A stretch of DNA of 57,082 nt from Catajapyx aquilonaris. Its lineage: Eukaryota. The position numbers and the translations under genes were made by a program. Where the stretch lies: positions 1 to 57,082 of the forward strand of contig JYFJ02002430.1 in assembly GCA_000934665.2 (NCBI GenBank), written 5' to 3'. Shown here piece by piece: positions 1 to 11,858 of the stretch; the stretch's first letter is position 1, and each line of letters starts with the position of its first letter. The notes beneath the pieces are model-generated. The model had not been told where the DNA came from and did no database searches. It worked only from the letters and a program-made list of their open reading frames with translations.

Positions 1-70
1 TTAGTTCATATGTTGGGTTAGCTTGCATCTCCCTTCATCGCTGACTACCCCTCATAGGGAAATGTCGTGA

Positions 71-97
71 TGTTGTTGTTGTTGTTGTTGTTGTTGT
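71..97. repeat. (GTT)n microsatellite, possibly an RTE-type retroposon tail
   Basis: Nine TGT units preceded by a short CCC...GGG stem. Confidence 0.9.
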
Positions 98-362
98 AAA
101 TAGGTTACGTAGATCTAATACCCTCCAAGATATGGGATTTATCATTTTCGTACGAGGCCAATAATTTGTCTATAAAATAGTCAATAATATTGTGCCACTA
201 GGCCATCCCTAATAATCAGAAATGCATTGAAAGTGAGAACTTGTTTGGATGATTCAGGCTATCAGCTAATACTTTTGATAACTGCCAAGAATATTACTGA
301 CCCTCCTGCTTCGGATTTTGAAGAGAAAAAGGGAGTTCCACGAAGAAATTTTTTATATTAAC

Positions 363-496
363 CAAGGGGTTAGCAACTTCCCAAAAAAGTGTACACCAGA
401 TCCTGGTTCCAAGCCGGTTCCACCCGGTTCCAGGCCGGTTCCACCTGGTTCCTTGCCCAGTGTGTACACCGGTTCCAGGGAGTTGCTAACCCCTTG
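363..496. mobile_element. MITE-like element with TIRs and internal tandem CCGGTTCC repeats
   Basis: CAAGGGGTTAGCAACTTCCC (363-382) is the inverted repeat of GGGAGTTGCTAACCCCTTG (478-496); the interior has several (C/T)GGTTCC units. Confidence 0.65.
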
Positions 497-2079
497 ATAT
501 TAACATGAATTTAATCATATCCTGGCGTCATGCCATGTATGACGTATAGTGCGATTATTATAGGGATCCCACCCATGACGTTTAAGCACATCATGTCCTA
601 CGATCCTAGAAACCGGCCCCAAAGCAGATTCAGTTTCCGTTTAAACTCCATAACTCCATAATTCCACCCCACCCCCCCCCCCAAAAAAAAAAAACTTTCC
701 CAGCATGATGAATTTGGCCAGTTCGGAAATACAGCTATCAAAGTTGCGCGCAGCACAGTTCTTGGGGGACAATCAATCACCGCTTCACACGTTCTTTATT
801 TGAGAGCACGCCACATTTCCGCCCGCCGCCGCTGTACAGTCCCCCGGCAAACTTTGGCTCCCGAGGTGATTGAAAATCTTTAATGAGCAACCCCTCCCCA
901 ACCTCTAGATGACTGATGGTAGGCTGTTTGTCACTAGATATGGATGCTGGAATTTAATGAAACTCCTCCATAACGTAAATTGCAGGATAACGTTCGCCAT
1001 TGATCCCTTTTTTCACCCCACCTTCTAATGAAAAAAATGCGTGTTATTAATTATCCTCAGCGTGTTCCAAAAGAGGTGAAGAAAAAACACTCAAGTGCCA
1101 ACAAGTTTTAAGATAATTACCGCTATTTTTCCCCCACGGAAGGAGAGATGGTGACGTGAATCAATAGATATCTCAGTTTTTTTTCCTACGCTAACACCCC
1201 CCCTGGGCTCTTAAGGAAGACAATGAAACACACGTCAAGACGTTCAATTTCTCTCCTTGATGGTGCATTTGAGCCGTGTCTGATTCCACTGATCCCAACA
1301 GATTCCCCTTTTCGAGAAGAAAATAAATCACACTTAGCGAAAATTGCTTTCATTAATCGTCAGGTGGGTTAGACAAAAAAGGGCAAAAAAAATACTCCTG
1401 ATCACTAGTTTTTTTGTGCTCCAAATGTCCCGATACTTAACAGCTTCGTCAATAATATGCGGATGATAAAACTGGGCCTTAAAAAAGCGACCAGCGTGCA
1501 GAAATAAAAGGGTAATTCCATTATGGAATCACTTCAAGTTGGCTGTAGACTTGTGCAAGGGGCCATTACTGCAACTTCCAGACCTATCATAAAAAAATCC
1601 TCAAGAAAACTGGTAGGGGTCTTGTGCGTCCTATACCGTTTAAATCATCCCAACTTGAGCGCTTCCTTTGACGCTTATTGCTCCTATCTACGCATTGCAG
1701 CATCCACAAGCAACCGCAGATTTTTATTGCACTTAAGACACTCGGACCACGTTTGTAGCTCAGTTAACTATCCTTACAATGTAATAGTTATGCTGTTTTT
1801 GGAAAGAGAGGAAACGATGGAAAGATTGCCTTTTTTCACTGCTATTTTTATTCCTAGTCTTACAAAAGCGAACAAAATGCCCTTGATATGGAGACATAAA
1901 GTTTATTCAAGCGTCCAAAATAGTGTGGACCGCAATGCAGGATGTTCATAAATAGAGCCATGTTATTAAATCAGTGTTGGTTTTTATTATTTATAAGGTG
2001 TTTTTTGGGGGGTAGAAATGAGGATGCTGGCATGTGATGTATGGGTTGGCGATCTTGCATAGTAGGGACGTGGGTTCGA

Positions 2080-2158
2080 ATCTCAAACCAGGAGCACATT
2101 CAGGCAGAGAATACTGTATAGTATACAGTCTTCTCTGAATGTGCTCCAGGTTTGAGAT
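2080..2158. repeat. Imperfect inverted repeat fused to a tRNA/SINE-like head
   Basis: ATCTCAAACCAGGAGCACATTCAG...CTGAATGTGCTCCAGGTTTGAGAT, overlapping a B-box-like GGGTTCGAATC at 2072-2082. Confidence 0.7.
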
Positions 2159-2899
2159 ATTGAATATATGGGAGATCGAAAAGTTACGCCTATGTATTGA
2201 GCATTGTGCATCAAATTGTCAAAAAGCAGGATTTATTTCGTTTGACTGTACGACTGATGCTGGTTTCACCTGATGTAATAGTCCGTTGACGCTCCATGTG
2301 TGCAATTTACCGCGGCACTTGAACTTGGAGCAAAGTAAATATGAGATTCAGGGTTGGTTGGTTGGAAATGAAGTGCCGCCTGCTTTTTTTTTTCAACGCG
2401 ACTGTCACTCATTCCTGCTGAGAGAACTTTTGTGCTTGTAATTTACATGGCTTTGGTGGCAATATTATGGCGTCATTTTTGGCTATGAAATTTAAAACTT
2501 TAAGTACCGATACGTATGAGTTGTAGGTAAATCTACAAGCTTGCATCAATCTAACATGAATCTCGTTAAATATCACGAATTTAAGTAGCCTGTGGCGCTA
2601 AAACAAATTACAAAGGTAGTATACTACTGTATACAAATTACCTGCCAGTGTTACGGGGTATAATTGAAATTGTTCATTTACGAAGATTCCCGGAATATTA
2701 GGTCAATTATAATCATCCCTGTTATTACCTGAAAAGCCAATATTTCGGACATGCAATATGTGGTTTATAGAGTCTCTGTCTCATTCGCGTTATATTATAC
2801 TGTATAACTTAGACTATTAATTAGTGAGTGGTGCATCGGTCAAGTCCCCAGCAGTAGTAACGAATTCTATACCACAACAACTAGTGACAAGCAACAATC

Positions 2900-3200
2900 A
2901 CGACAAAGGTGAATGTGATCCTTATGGTTATTTCCAACAGGTTGCTTCTCTTTAAAATGATTGCAGAGGTAAACAATCAGGAACTTCTTTCCCTATCCAC
3001 TAAAAATCTAGGGATAGTGGTATCGTACTTTGAACATGATACGCCTTCGTCGCAGTTGGTGAATACCGGGCCTTTGTTGGAACACCTTGTACGAGGAACT
3101 TCTATAAATAATCCTAAAAAGCGGTAATGCTCTACACCTTCCATTTTTATCTCTCCAGCTGAATCATGATATCTCTTTGTAACATTTCTTTTACACCTAC
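2900..3200 (-). mobile_element. Degenerate LINE ORF2 (reverse transcriptase C-terminal) relic
   Basis: Minus-strand IKMEGVEHYRFLGLFI resembles the RT thumb V..(Y)KFLG..ID motif, followed by VDRERSS*LFTSAII resembling WGxDRxxLLxLYxAxI; disrupted. Confidence 0.4.
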
Positions 3201-5542
3201 GCGCCACGCCTCAGGAGATGGCAAACGCAACTGTACTTGATGACACGTCCATATGGCGTGCAGACACCTCCTGCCCTTTCTACACGCCATCTGTACGCTG
3301 AATAAACTCCCTAAAAACCAAACGACACACCTTATTCCCCACCTTACTCTTCCAACCCTTTCAACAAAAAAAAAAATCTGAACATTTTAAATATATCATA
3401 TGTGACATTTCCCCAGATTTATGGACGCCTACAAAATTGGACAAGTTGCGCGCATTACCCGAGTAAACGCGGTATTTCAACATGCAGATTGAGAACCCCG
3501 CTCGAGACATGGTAATCCTCAAATCGATAGTTCCTTCCTCCAACGTCCCCCAACTATACCTCTGTCCCCCCAGAGTTGTCCATCTGGTCTCCACTTCCGG
3601 AGAATTCACTTTGCCACCGTGCCCTGTACGTGTCTCTGGGCCTGAATTTTAATCTGCAAACTGGCTCCGGCACTACTGTATATTGATTAGATTGCCTCAT
3701 GCCTCCCAATGCGACCTTCCTCCCCCGCCTCCACCTTTCTCCCCGGTTATTTACACGATGCACTAAATGCCCTTCCCGATTTGCCCAGACCCAGACACTA
3801 CCACTGTTCAACTTGCCTAATAATTTAAATTTAATTCCAATTCCTGGAACATGGCGGGGCAACAATTGTGTGTTTTTTTTCTGCTGATAAAAGAGTATGC
3901 TATTAATTAGATAATGTAATCAGAAGTCTGGGCTCGAACGCAGCCGACCTTTAATTAAGTCATCAAAACGGCATAACTTTTTTATGAACTTGTAATACCC
4001 GTGTCAAAGTAGCCATATCATTAATCAAACTGATATAGAGTAACGTGCGTGCTCTATAATCCGGTGCAGCATAATCCATTAAGAATGTCTTAATAACACG
4101 TCTCAATAATACCAGTTTTTAAACATGGATGTGGTGTGAGAGTACAATTTTTTTCGGATTTTCCTTCACGATATATTGCAGCTCTCAGGCACAAATGACG
4201 AAAAAGAAGATGTCCACGCCCTTCCTATTCTTTCTTTAGGCTGACACCTCCTAGCCCTTCCTTTTGCTTTCTATTGATCCTCATAACCTCGCCATTTTTC
4301 TCCTGCCACAGCAAGATATTCCACAGCAGATATAACATTCCCTGGCAGTCCCCATTTCGGCCGAAATCTCAGCTAAGACTAGTCATATAGTCGGGTCGTT
4401 TTGCGAATGGAAGGACTTGTTCGTTATGCTATTCCAGGGGTGCAGTAGTCAGTGAAGAATGAATTATTGTTCATATCTCAGCTGGCATTATGTTATAGAG
4501 GCAATGTAATTACATAAGAGGCTTGTATATTCGAGTATGTCAAAAAGGCTACACGCTTTTGTAACGGGAGACCTCGCACTTTTATCTACTATCCTAGGCA
4601 TGTATGTGAAGGATAGGTGTGGATTCGCCGAAAGAGAGAGTTGGATCCGCTAAGGATAGGCGTGTATCCGCCGGTAAGGAAGGTTAGGTCATGGTGGGCT
4701 GGTGCAGTGTTCCCTAACCCCTGTCACATGTGGTCTCCCATTACGAAAATCATTTCGTCAAAAATACAGACCATATGACAACCTATACAGGGATACTCAA
4801 AAGTGGCATGCAATTTGAATATTTCTGTAAATTTCGATTGCAAGCAGCATGCAAAATACGATGGAGAAATTGGACATTTTGGATCTGTCAGAATAGTACG
4901 AATATCCTAAATTATGAATGTGCAAGCATTATAATGTTGGATGCTTCTCAAAATGCGAGAGTATTCTAATGATGAGTGGCGTTTTGGCCGCAGGTCTGTT
5001 GGGCATGTAGAGGGCATTACATCGCTCTGGGTCTTCTTGTCGTGCAAGCTATGCCGGACGATGCGGGGAAAACCACAAACACCGCCTGAAAACCACATCG
5101 TGTGTAACACGCAATGCTTCTCATCAGGACAGGCACAAAATCGCCTCTTTTCCTAATTGAAAGCCATAACGTCATAAAATCAATCGCCCTCATCACAAAG
5201 TCCTCTCATCAGTTTCACCGCTGTCAGTTCATGCCTTTAGAACATTATTTTGTGGTCAGCCCAGCATGTCACGCAGGCAAAAAAAAAAATCATTACGCTC
5301 ATTATGGGTTTACGTATTACTGGGCGATAGAATTCGCTTCGACTCATCTATTCATAGGCCTGAGAGTGGGTGTGCACCAATTACAACAGAATATTCGCGT
5401 TACGGGTAGATGTGATGTATGTAAGGTTGACCACTGCCTGTGCATCGCAATAATTTTGCCGGTTTCAGCCTCGGATTGTTTAGTAGAATTTGTGAGGGTT
5501 GACTTCCTGAGGTCATCCCTCTGACCCCGCAAGGTCACTCAT

Positions 5543-5593
5543 GGTCGTGGTCCAATAATACAATGGTACCCATTGTATTATTGGACCACGACC
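5543..5593. repeat. Perfect inverted repeat (24-bp arms, 3-nt loop)
   Basis: GGTCGTGGTCCAATAATACAATGG-TAC-CCATTGTATTATTGGACCACGACC. Confidence 0.9.
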
Positions 5594-8500
5594 GTTTATT
5601 AGACTGTGCTCTAATCAGATCCCAACACGACTGAATACACAAAAGAGCTCTCCCCCCCAGGTCTCCCACGTGGCCCCAGACTGCCATCTAGTGAGGCACG
5701 TCACAAATTTCAGAATATAAATTTAAAATATAAATATGCTGTACGTCTACTTTGCCCTATAGCCAAGTCATGTAGTTTGGCGAACGAAATTAGTTGCATA
5801 TTACATTGTTTGTTTAGGAAATATTGACATTATTTTGTTTAGAGCCAAGGACAAAATCCAGAGAATTGGAGGGAGTATAAGCATATGATGACAGAAAATG
5901 GCTGGGAGGCGCATTTGGAGAACAGGAATTTGTTTGCTAAAATAATGCCACAGTAGCGATGCTGGACAGTGACGAAAGGCCATTACGTATGTCTGAGTGA
6001 AAATGAAAGAAAGTCCTAGGCTATTTTTTATGTCGAGGAGGAAGGAGGATATGTGGTATACATACTGATGGAGTGTGAGGAGATGAAGATGAAAATGTTA
6101 AAACGCTTAGTATGGATTGAGGTCATGCAGGCAATGGAGGAAATGTACGGCTGTAAATAACAAACATAAAAGGGGAAGACGTGTTAGTGCAGCAGTTGGT
6201 ACAGAAAAAATGGGATAATGGCAGGAAAGATAAAAGGTTTTGTGCAATATGACCAATTATTGTAAGGGATTAGCAGGTGGTTTATGGTACTGTATATGCA
6301 GGATTGTATATTCTGTCTAGTGTTTGTCCGTGTCTGATTGTTTTGGAGCTTTCGCTTAAACAATATTAAAAGAGTAGTAATTGAATTAAAAATAAAAGAT
6401 ACATAGACATTTGTTTGGAAACGCATCATTTCCTACCATTTAAAAAATTAATTAACTCCATCCCCTTGGTTAACCTCCTGGGGCCTCTTATGGAATATAC
6501 TTTTAATTACCCTACTTCATTAACTTCCGCCGCTATATTTTGAACAACCACAGTATAAAACCCCATGCATAGAACATTCTGATCCGCATTTTGTAACTGT
6601 AGGTTAGTTCTTACAAACCTCACACGGATTTGAAAAAAAAACAACACCTAACCTACTCTAATATATGGAAGACCCCTTGAGGTCAAACAAAGGGGACGAG
6701 TGACGCGAATGATTCTGTAAGCTCGGAATTACAAGCCCCATCAGTTGCTTATCTGGCACGGAAATTAGAGCGGAGAAGCACAGAAAGGGACACCTGCAGG
6801 GCTCGACCCCACCATCGGAGACCAAGGGATTCTAAGTAGACACGGCCAAATTTATGGCCACTTTCCCAGCTTTCCGCTTGCACTAAATCCTTCTCGTCGA
6901 TAGAAACGACGCCTTACTTTCACACTAAATACCAGTTCAAGCACCTAAGGCCCACCAATAAGGTCTCACTGATTTTCCCTCTATGCAGGTAAGTAGTCGG
7001 AGGAGACGGAGAGAAGGGAGGAAAACGGGGAAATCACTTATTTACAACCAGATTCAGACGATGACGAGGTTTCTCTATTGGTACTCAATCTAGCTTGATA
7101 GTGTATTACATGGGGAAAAAAGCGATATTTCACGTTTTTCATGTGACATGAAACAGGATAGTAAGCGGGAGATGGATCAAAGTGTCGATTTACATGCATA
7201 ATCAGCAGACATGTAAGGTTAACCTTATGTCATTGAATTTTTGACCCTGCCCCCAAAAAACCTGTTTCCTGTCTCATAAAACTCGACGAATGGAAGATGC
7301 CCCTAAGGCCAAACAAAAATGCATTCTGCCTCTTGGACCAGAAAACTCTTACCTTATATTTTCCATAACTGCATATTGGAACCAAAGTTCTCCCTTTCAA
7401 CTGGCCTATGTCTCTCTGACGGTCACGAAACGAACAAATGGTAATAGTGTGCTCAGATCTAATAAAGGTTTAAGTCGAACAAGGAATCTCATTAATTGTA
7501 ACGTTCTATCCGAATGGTTTTGTAAATAGAAATATTCAGCCGGTGATGGTGAGTGTTTGTAACTTTATACTGACGTGTCATCAGCACTATCCCTGGAACT
7601 ATACTAACTAATAATAGAAATCCTGAATGACCTGCAAACCATGCATGAGACAGGGAGGCAACATTGTGTTTCAGTTTGATCAGTTCACTGCAATTACTGT
7701 ACAATATTGGATGATTAGTGATTTCATTAGCAAATATAATGTTTCATTGTGATTGATGAGTGTCACAGTTAGTATATAATTTACAGTATAGTCATTTATG
7801 CATCAGTTATGCACTTGCCAACCCACCAAAAAAGAGTGAACGCAAACTCGCACAAACTTTACCAATTTGGAGGTACATAAAAAAGGGCGGACAGAATCAG
7901 ACTGCAGGAATATTGGACATTACGTATTCATTGTTCCCCGTGCCATGTAGCAAATTACAACAAGATTGGATGACATGGCCTCCATACCTATTTTTTTACG
8001 CACTGCCATCTCATTTTTTTTTCTTGACTTACTCTGGCTTTCAGGCAAAGGAAGGGCTTTGAGAGGTATGTTTGTAAGGCCACGAAACTCATCCTGCAAC
8101 AAATTTACCAGCTTGGGTCGTAAACCTCGACAACATCCCTTCAATCTAGTGGTTCAGCAGAGGTCATGCTTTTAACACACCGCAGGGTGTGAACCTGCCA
8201 AAATCAACATGGCTGACCGAATAAGAGACGTGATTCGCGCAGTAACGTTGTCAGTGATAAAACGAAAGTATTGAGATATCAATGGTTTTAATAAGAATTT
8301 TGTCACTATACAACAGATTAAAAGTGACATCATGCGAATCTCTGCAAATAATATATATTCAATATCACATCGTATCAAGGAAAAAAAACAGTCAAAACTA
8401 TCAATTAAATCAATTGGCATTTACAAAGCTAGATTTTCATTACGACAGACTGATGTAACACAAGTTTTGTAAGGCTGAGTTTTTGCACTTCGTTTCTTGT

Positions 8501-11096
8501 GGAGCAACATATAATTATGTATTTGCATCACGTCCACCTCGTAATTTAGCAGCGGCCCACATACATAATTAGCAGATATCAGTAATTACCAGGCCAATCA
8601 GGACTCGGATTTTAGAACGCTAATGGCGTTTTATCATTTTAGAGCTAACAGAACCGTCACGTTTATTTGATGCATTCTTCTACACCGCCACGTCCTTTGA
8701 ATAATCAGAGCGGATTATATTTTTCCCTCCCCCTGGAGTCCTTTTTTGTGCAAAAAACTTTTGTGTTCATTTGTTATTTTCCTTGACGGAATTTATCAGT
8801 AATTATTACACGCTTTGGTCCACACAACGATTTTGTTAGTGACTTCCCGGCAGCAAAACACTTCATTAGGGCCTGATCGTGTCACCTTTTTTTTTCATTT
8901 CATGCCTTGCATAACTGATAGTGACCTACTTCCGGACGAATTACGTTCAATGAAATTCTCCCCTAATTGTGGAAAATGTGAGAGTAACGGCGCGGAACCC
9001 AAATTGTTTAGTCATTAACGAGAAACTTAATATTGCTATCGCAATGCCAGGGTCCCAAATTAAAACATGGCGATGGAAGGAATATTATGAAGGGTAAATG
9101 ACACGAAGTGGCTTATGAGGCTCGGATGTGTGTGGTGAAAGGGGAAATGGAGGCAGAGGGAGGGAGGGGGGGGGGGGAGGATATATCTCGTTCTGAAAAT
9201 TATGGTGACCGGTTTAATCAACCAAATGCTGCATCCGATGCATGAGGAAAGGTGAATCATGTGACTTTTCCTATATGAGAGCCTGTAGCATCTGCCCCGA
9301 ACAGTCAAACTCATGGATTTATATCAGGCAAGTGGTTGATGCAATTGTAAATAATGTAGGAAGGTTGTTTCGGCAAATGACCAATTACTAATCATTGTTT
9401 GCGAGACAATGACTTAATGGACATGATATTTAGAAAATGATGGAGACAAGCTACACGTTCTTGATGTAATGAGTTCATCTGCTTTGATATGCTGCCAAAG
9501 TGCTTCTTTTGCCTTGGCTAATGAAGCGGGGTTATAACCCGTGCGGATTACTTTGAAACTATGCAAATTGCGTCGCGGGAAAGAGGGTGCTGGGTTGATA
9601 TCAATAAGTAGTAACTGCTTGATAGTGGAGGGGAATGTTTGAAAGTGCGCCATAATTAACCGGCCAGAATATCAACTCTCAGTATTTAACATCTTGGTTC
9701 TGTTTGTTTTGGTGTATTAGCGAAGCCCAGGCAACTACGGCCATAATGCAGAGGCGAAAGGAGGAGAGCGAGAGTCTGATCTGAGTAAGTATGACTCGTC
9801 TCCGTCTGATTCTTTCATAACTTAATACCCCCATAGTAGTTCTTATCCCTACGACATTATTTTGGATTCCATTACGTCCGTCATGAGGAGTGGGCCCGAC
9901 GCGGGGACAAATCCATGACAGAAAGCCATACAAATACAAAATAGAACATCAACTTTTGCCGTGTCAGCATTTCAAGAGAACTTCAAAACAGGCTTAACTC
10001 TGGTATTAATTTTTATTTCATTCAAGGTGATAATTATGAACTCTTACTTACACGACATCATCGCATTATTGTTCTCCATTGTTGCTTATCATCGTTCATG
10101 AGGGTGTTCCTAACATGGATCTTAACTTAGAGCCAACAGGGTCTGAAATTCAATGCAAAGGAGTGAGCTCGACACATGCGAGTGACACAACAACATAACC
10201 AAGATATGTCAAAAATCTAGGAATTCAAATAATACCTTGAGACGAATCTTTTTTCAGCCCTTCGCCATGTAGTTCAGGAACACTCGCGGAGAAGGTAACA
10301 GTGTAACTACTTGAACATGGGGATAAAAATAAAGTTGGTTTCTCTTCGGATGCGAGAATATTCCGATGGGTAAAGTTAAAGTGAAAAATTGTTCCGCCAG
10401 AGTGAATGTGTGTCTTGGTGCCATTTCTTTGGATGCATGCATGTTGGATGTTTATGCAAACTGACAAACCAGCCCGTCCTTCAAACCGACTCATTCGGTC
10501 CGGTGGTACCAATGATGTCATGGTATCATCGTGGATTCTACAGAAAAGGGTACAGGTATAGTCCCTGTTTTACGATGGGGTTAGGTACCAGCAAAACAGG
10601 CACTTAAAATGAACTGTCATAAAATTAGGTCTCGCTACCTGTACATATCTATAGCCTCTGCCACAAACGTTAGGTTAGGTTAGGTTGGTACAACATTCCC
10701 GGATCCAAAAAATCCCAAATCCAAAAAAATCAATACTTGCATCCTTGCGTTTGCGACACAGCCGCAGCCCCCGGCCACTACTCACCCTCCCGCCTTCAGC
10801 GATGCCTGTCAACCCTACTCCTTCCGAAAAATATAGCTGTTTGGGGGGTGAAACACCCTGTATTTCGTGGCCTTTATTTTTTCGTTGAACAACACATTCC
10901 AATTGTAATGCGTTGACTTGCCAAGTCGCTATTAGAGAGATTACACAACATCTTCAGTTTCTCTGCAGCTTAATCTGTGCAGACCTGCTCATTCCCTAAT
11001 AGCTTATGGAGCCACGGCACTGGAAGGTAACGAGTGGGATCTACAACAGTTTATAAGCTTATTTGAGAAAATCACAACACGGTCAAGTCTAACAGA

Positions 11097-11300
11097 CGGG
11101 GGTAGCATGTTGTTGTAGTGGCTAATGTCGTAACATTCCACCTCTGAGATCCTGTGTTGGATCCCTGGTCGAACAGATAACACACTCTCATGTGGATAGA
11201 GCTTCAAGAAGTTTTCTGTGTTCCAGTGGGTTTTCTCGGGGTTCTTCCGTTTCTTCTCACTGTCCAAAACCTTCCCTTCGCCCCAGATAACTGTTTGTGT
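11097..11300 (+). mobile_element. Degenerate tRNA-derived SINE with a V-SINE-like motif
   Basis: A-box-like TGTTGTAGTGG, B-box-like GTGTTGGATCCC, then GTGGGTTTTCTCGGGGTTCTTCCGTTTC (11226-11253); followed by (CT)n. Confidence 0.5.
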
Positions 11301-11303
11301 TTT

Positions 11304-11305
<2 letters not shown>

Positions 11306-11360
<55 letters not shown>
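11306..11360. repeat. (CT)n microsatellite
   Basis: Uninterrupted CT run. Confidence 0.97.
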
Positions 11361-11362
<2 letters not shown>

Positions 11363-11591
11363 CCTCGGCTAAACAACCAAACAACTTTCTGCGTTATAAA
11401 AAAGCAGCAAGATAATTGGCAGGAATGGATATCACACTATATACCAGCAATTACGGTACATAAAGGAATAATCACAATGTGACAAAGTTCAATATATGGC
11501 AATGTGTTCAAGAATGTGTTATTGAAGTAATCAGCAAGAGAGTTATAAAAGTGGTTGACAAAAGAGCAAAAATTTAAACATACAGTATTTT

Positions 11592-11858
11592 TATTTATTT
11601 ATCATACCCCATGCTAGAGCCTTTGGCTCCCTTAGGGGGGTGGATTACCACCATTGGATGGGACCAGGGATAGGGAAGGAAGGAAGCGGCTGTGGCCTAT
11701 TTTTACGGAAACGACCTCGGAATTGTCCTGGAGGGGACCATGGAAAACCACGGAAAACCACAGAAAACCATGGTCAGGGTCGCCGGCCGCGGGATTTGAA
11801 CCCAGGACCTCCCAATTAGCAGGCGGGCTCCTTATCCCCTACACCAACCTGCTTCGGT
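11592..11858 (-). mobile_element. tRNA-derived SINE, family A
   Basis: Minus-strand head ACCGAAGCAGGTTGGTGTAGGGG...GGGTTCAAATCCC (A and B boxes). TSD AAACATACAGTATTTT at 11576-11591 and 11860-11875. Homologous to 23080-23363 and 55296-55621. Confidence 0.9.

Noticed and set aside
400..478. Short regularly spaced repeats suggesting a CRISPR-like array
   Set aside because: Units are about 10 bp with no unique spacers, lie inside a TIR element, and the context is eukaryotic.
1523..1951. 142-aa ORF
   Set aside because: No recognisable domain or splice context; at most a faint resemblance (CRLVQGA) to decayed LINE ORF2.
5880..6180. Possible LINE C-terminal zinc-finger relic (EEE...ILMECEE)
   Set aside because: Too degenerate to support without a profile search.
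11004..11482. ORFs with ER or SL repeats
   Set aside because: Translations of the (CT)n microsatellite.
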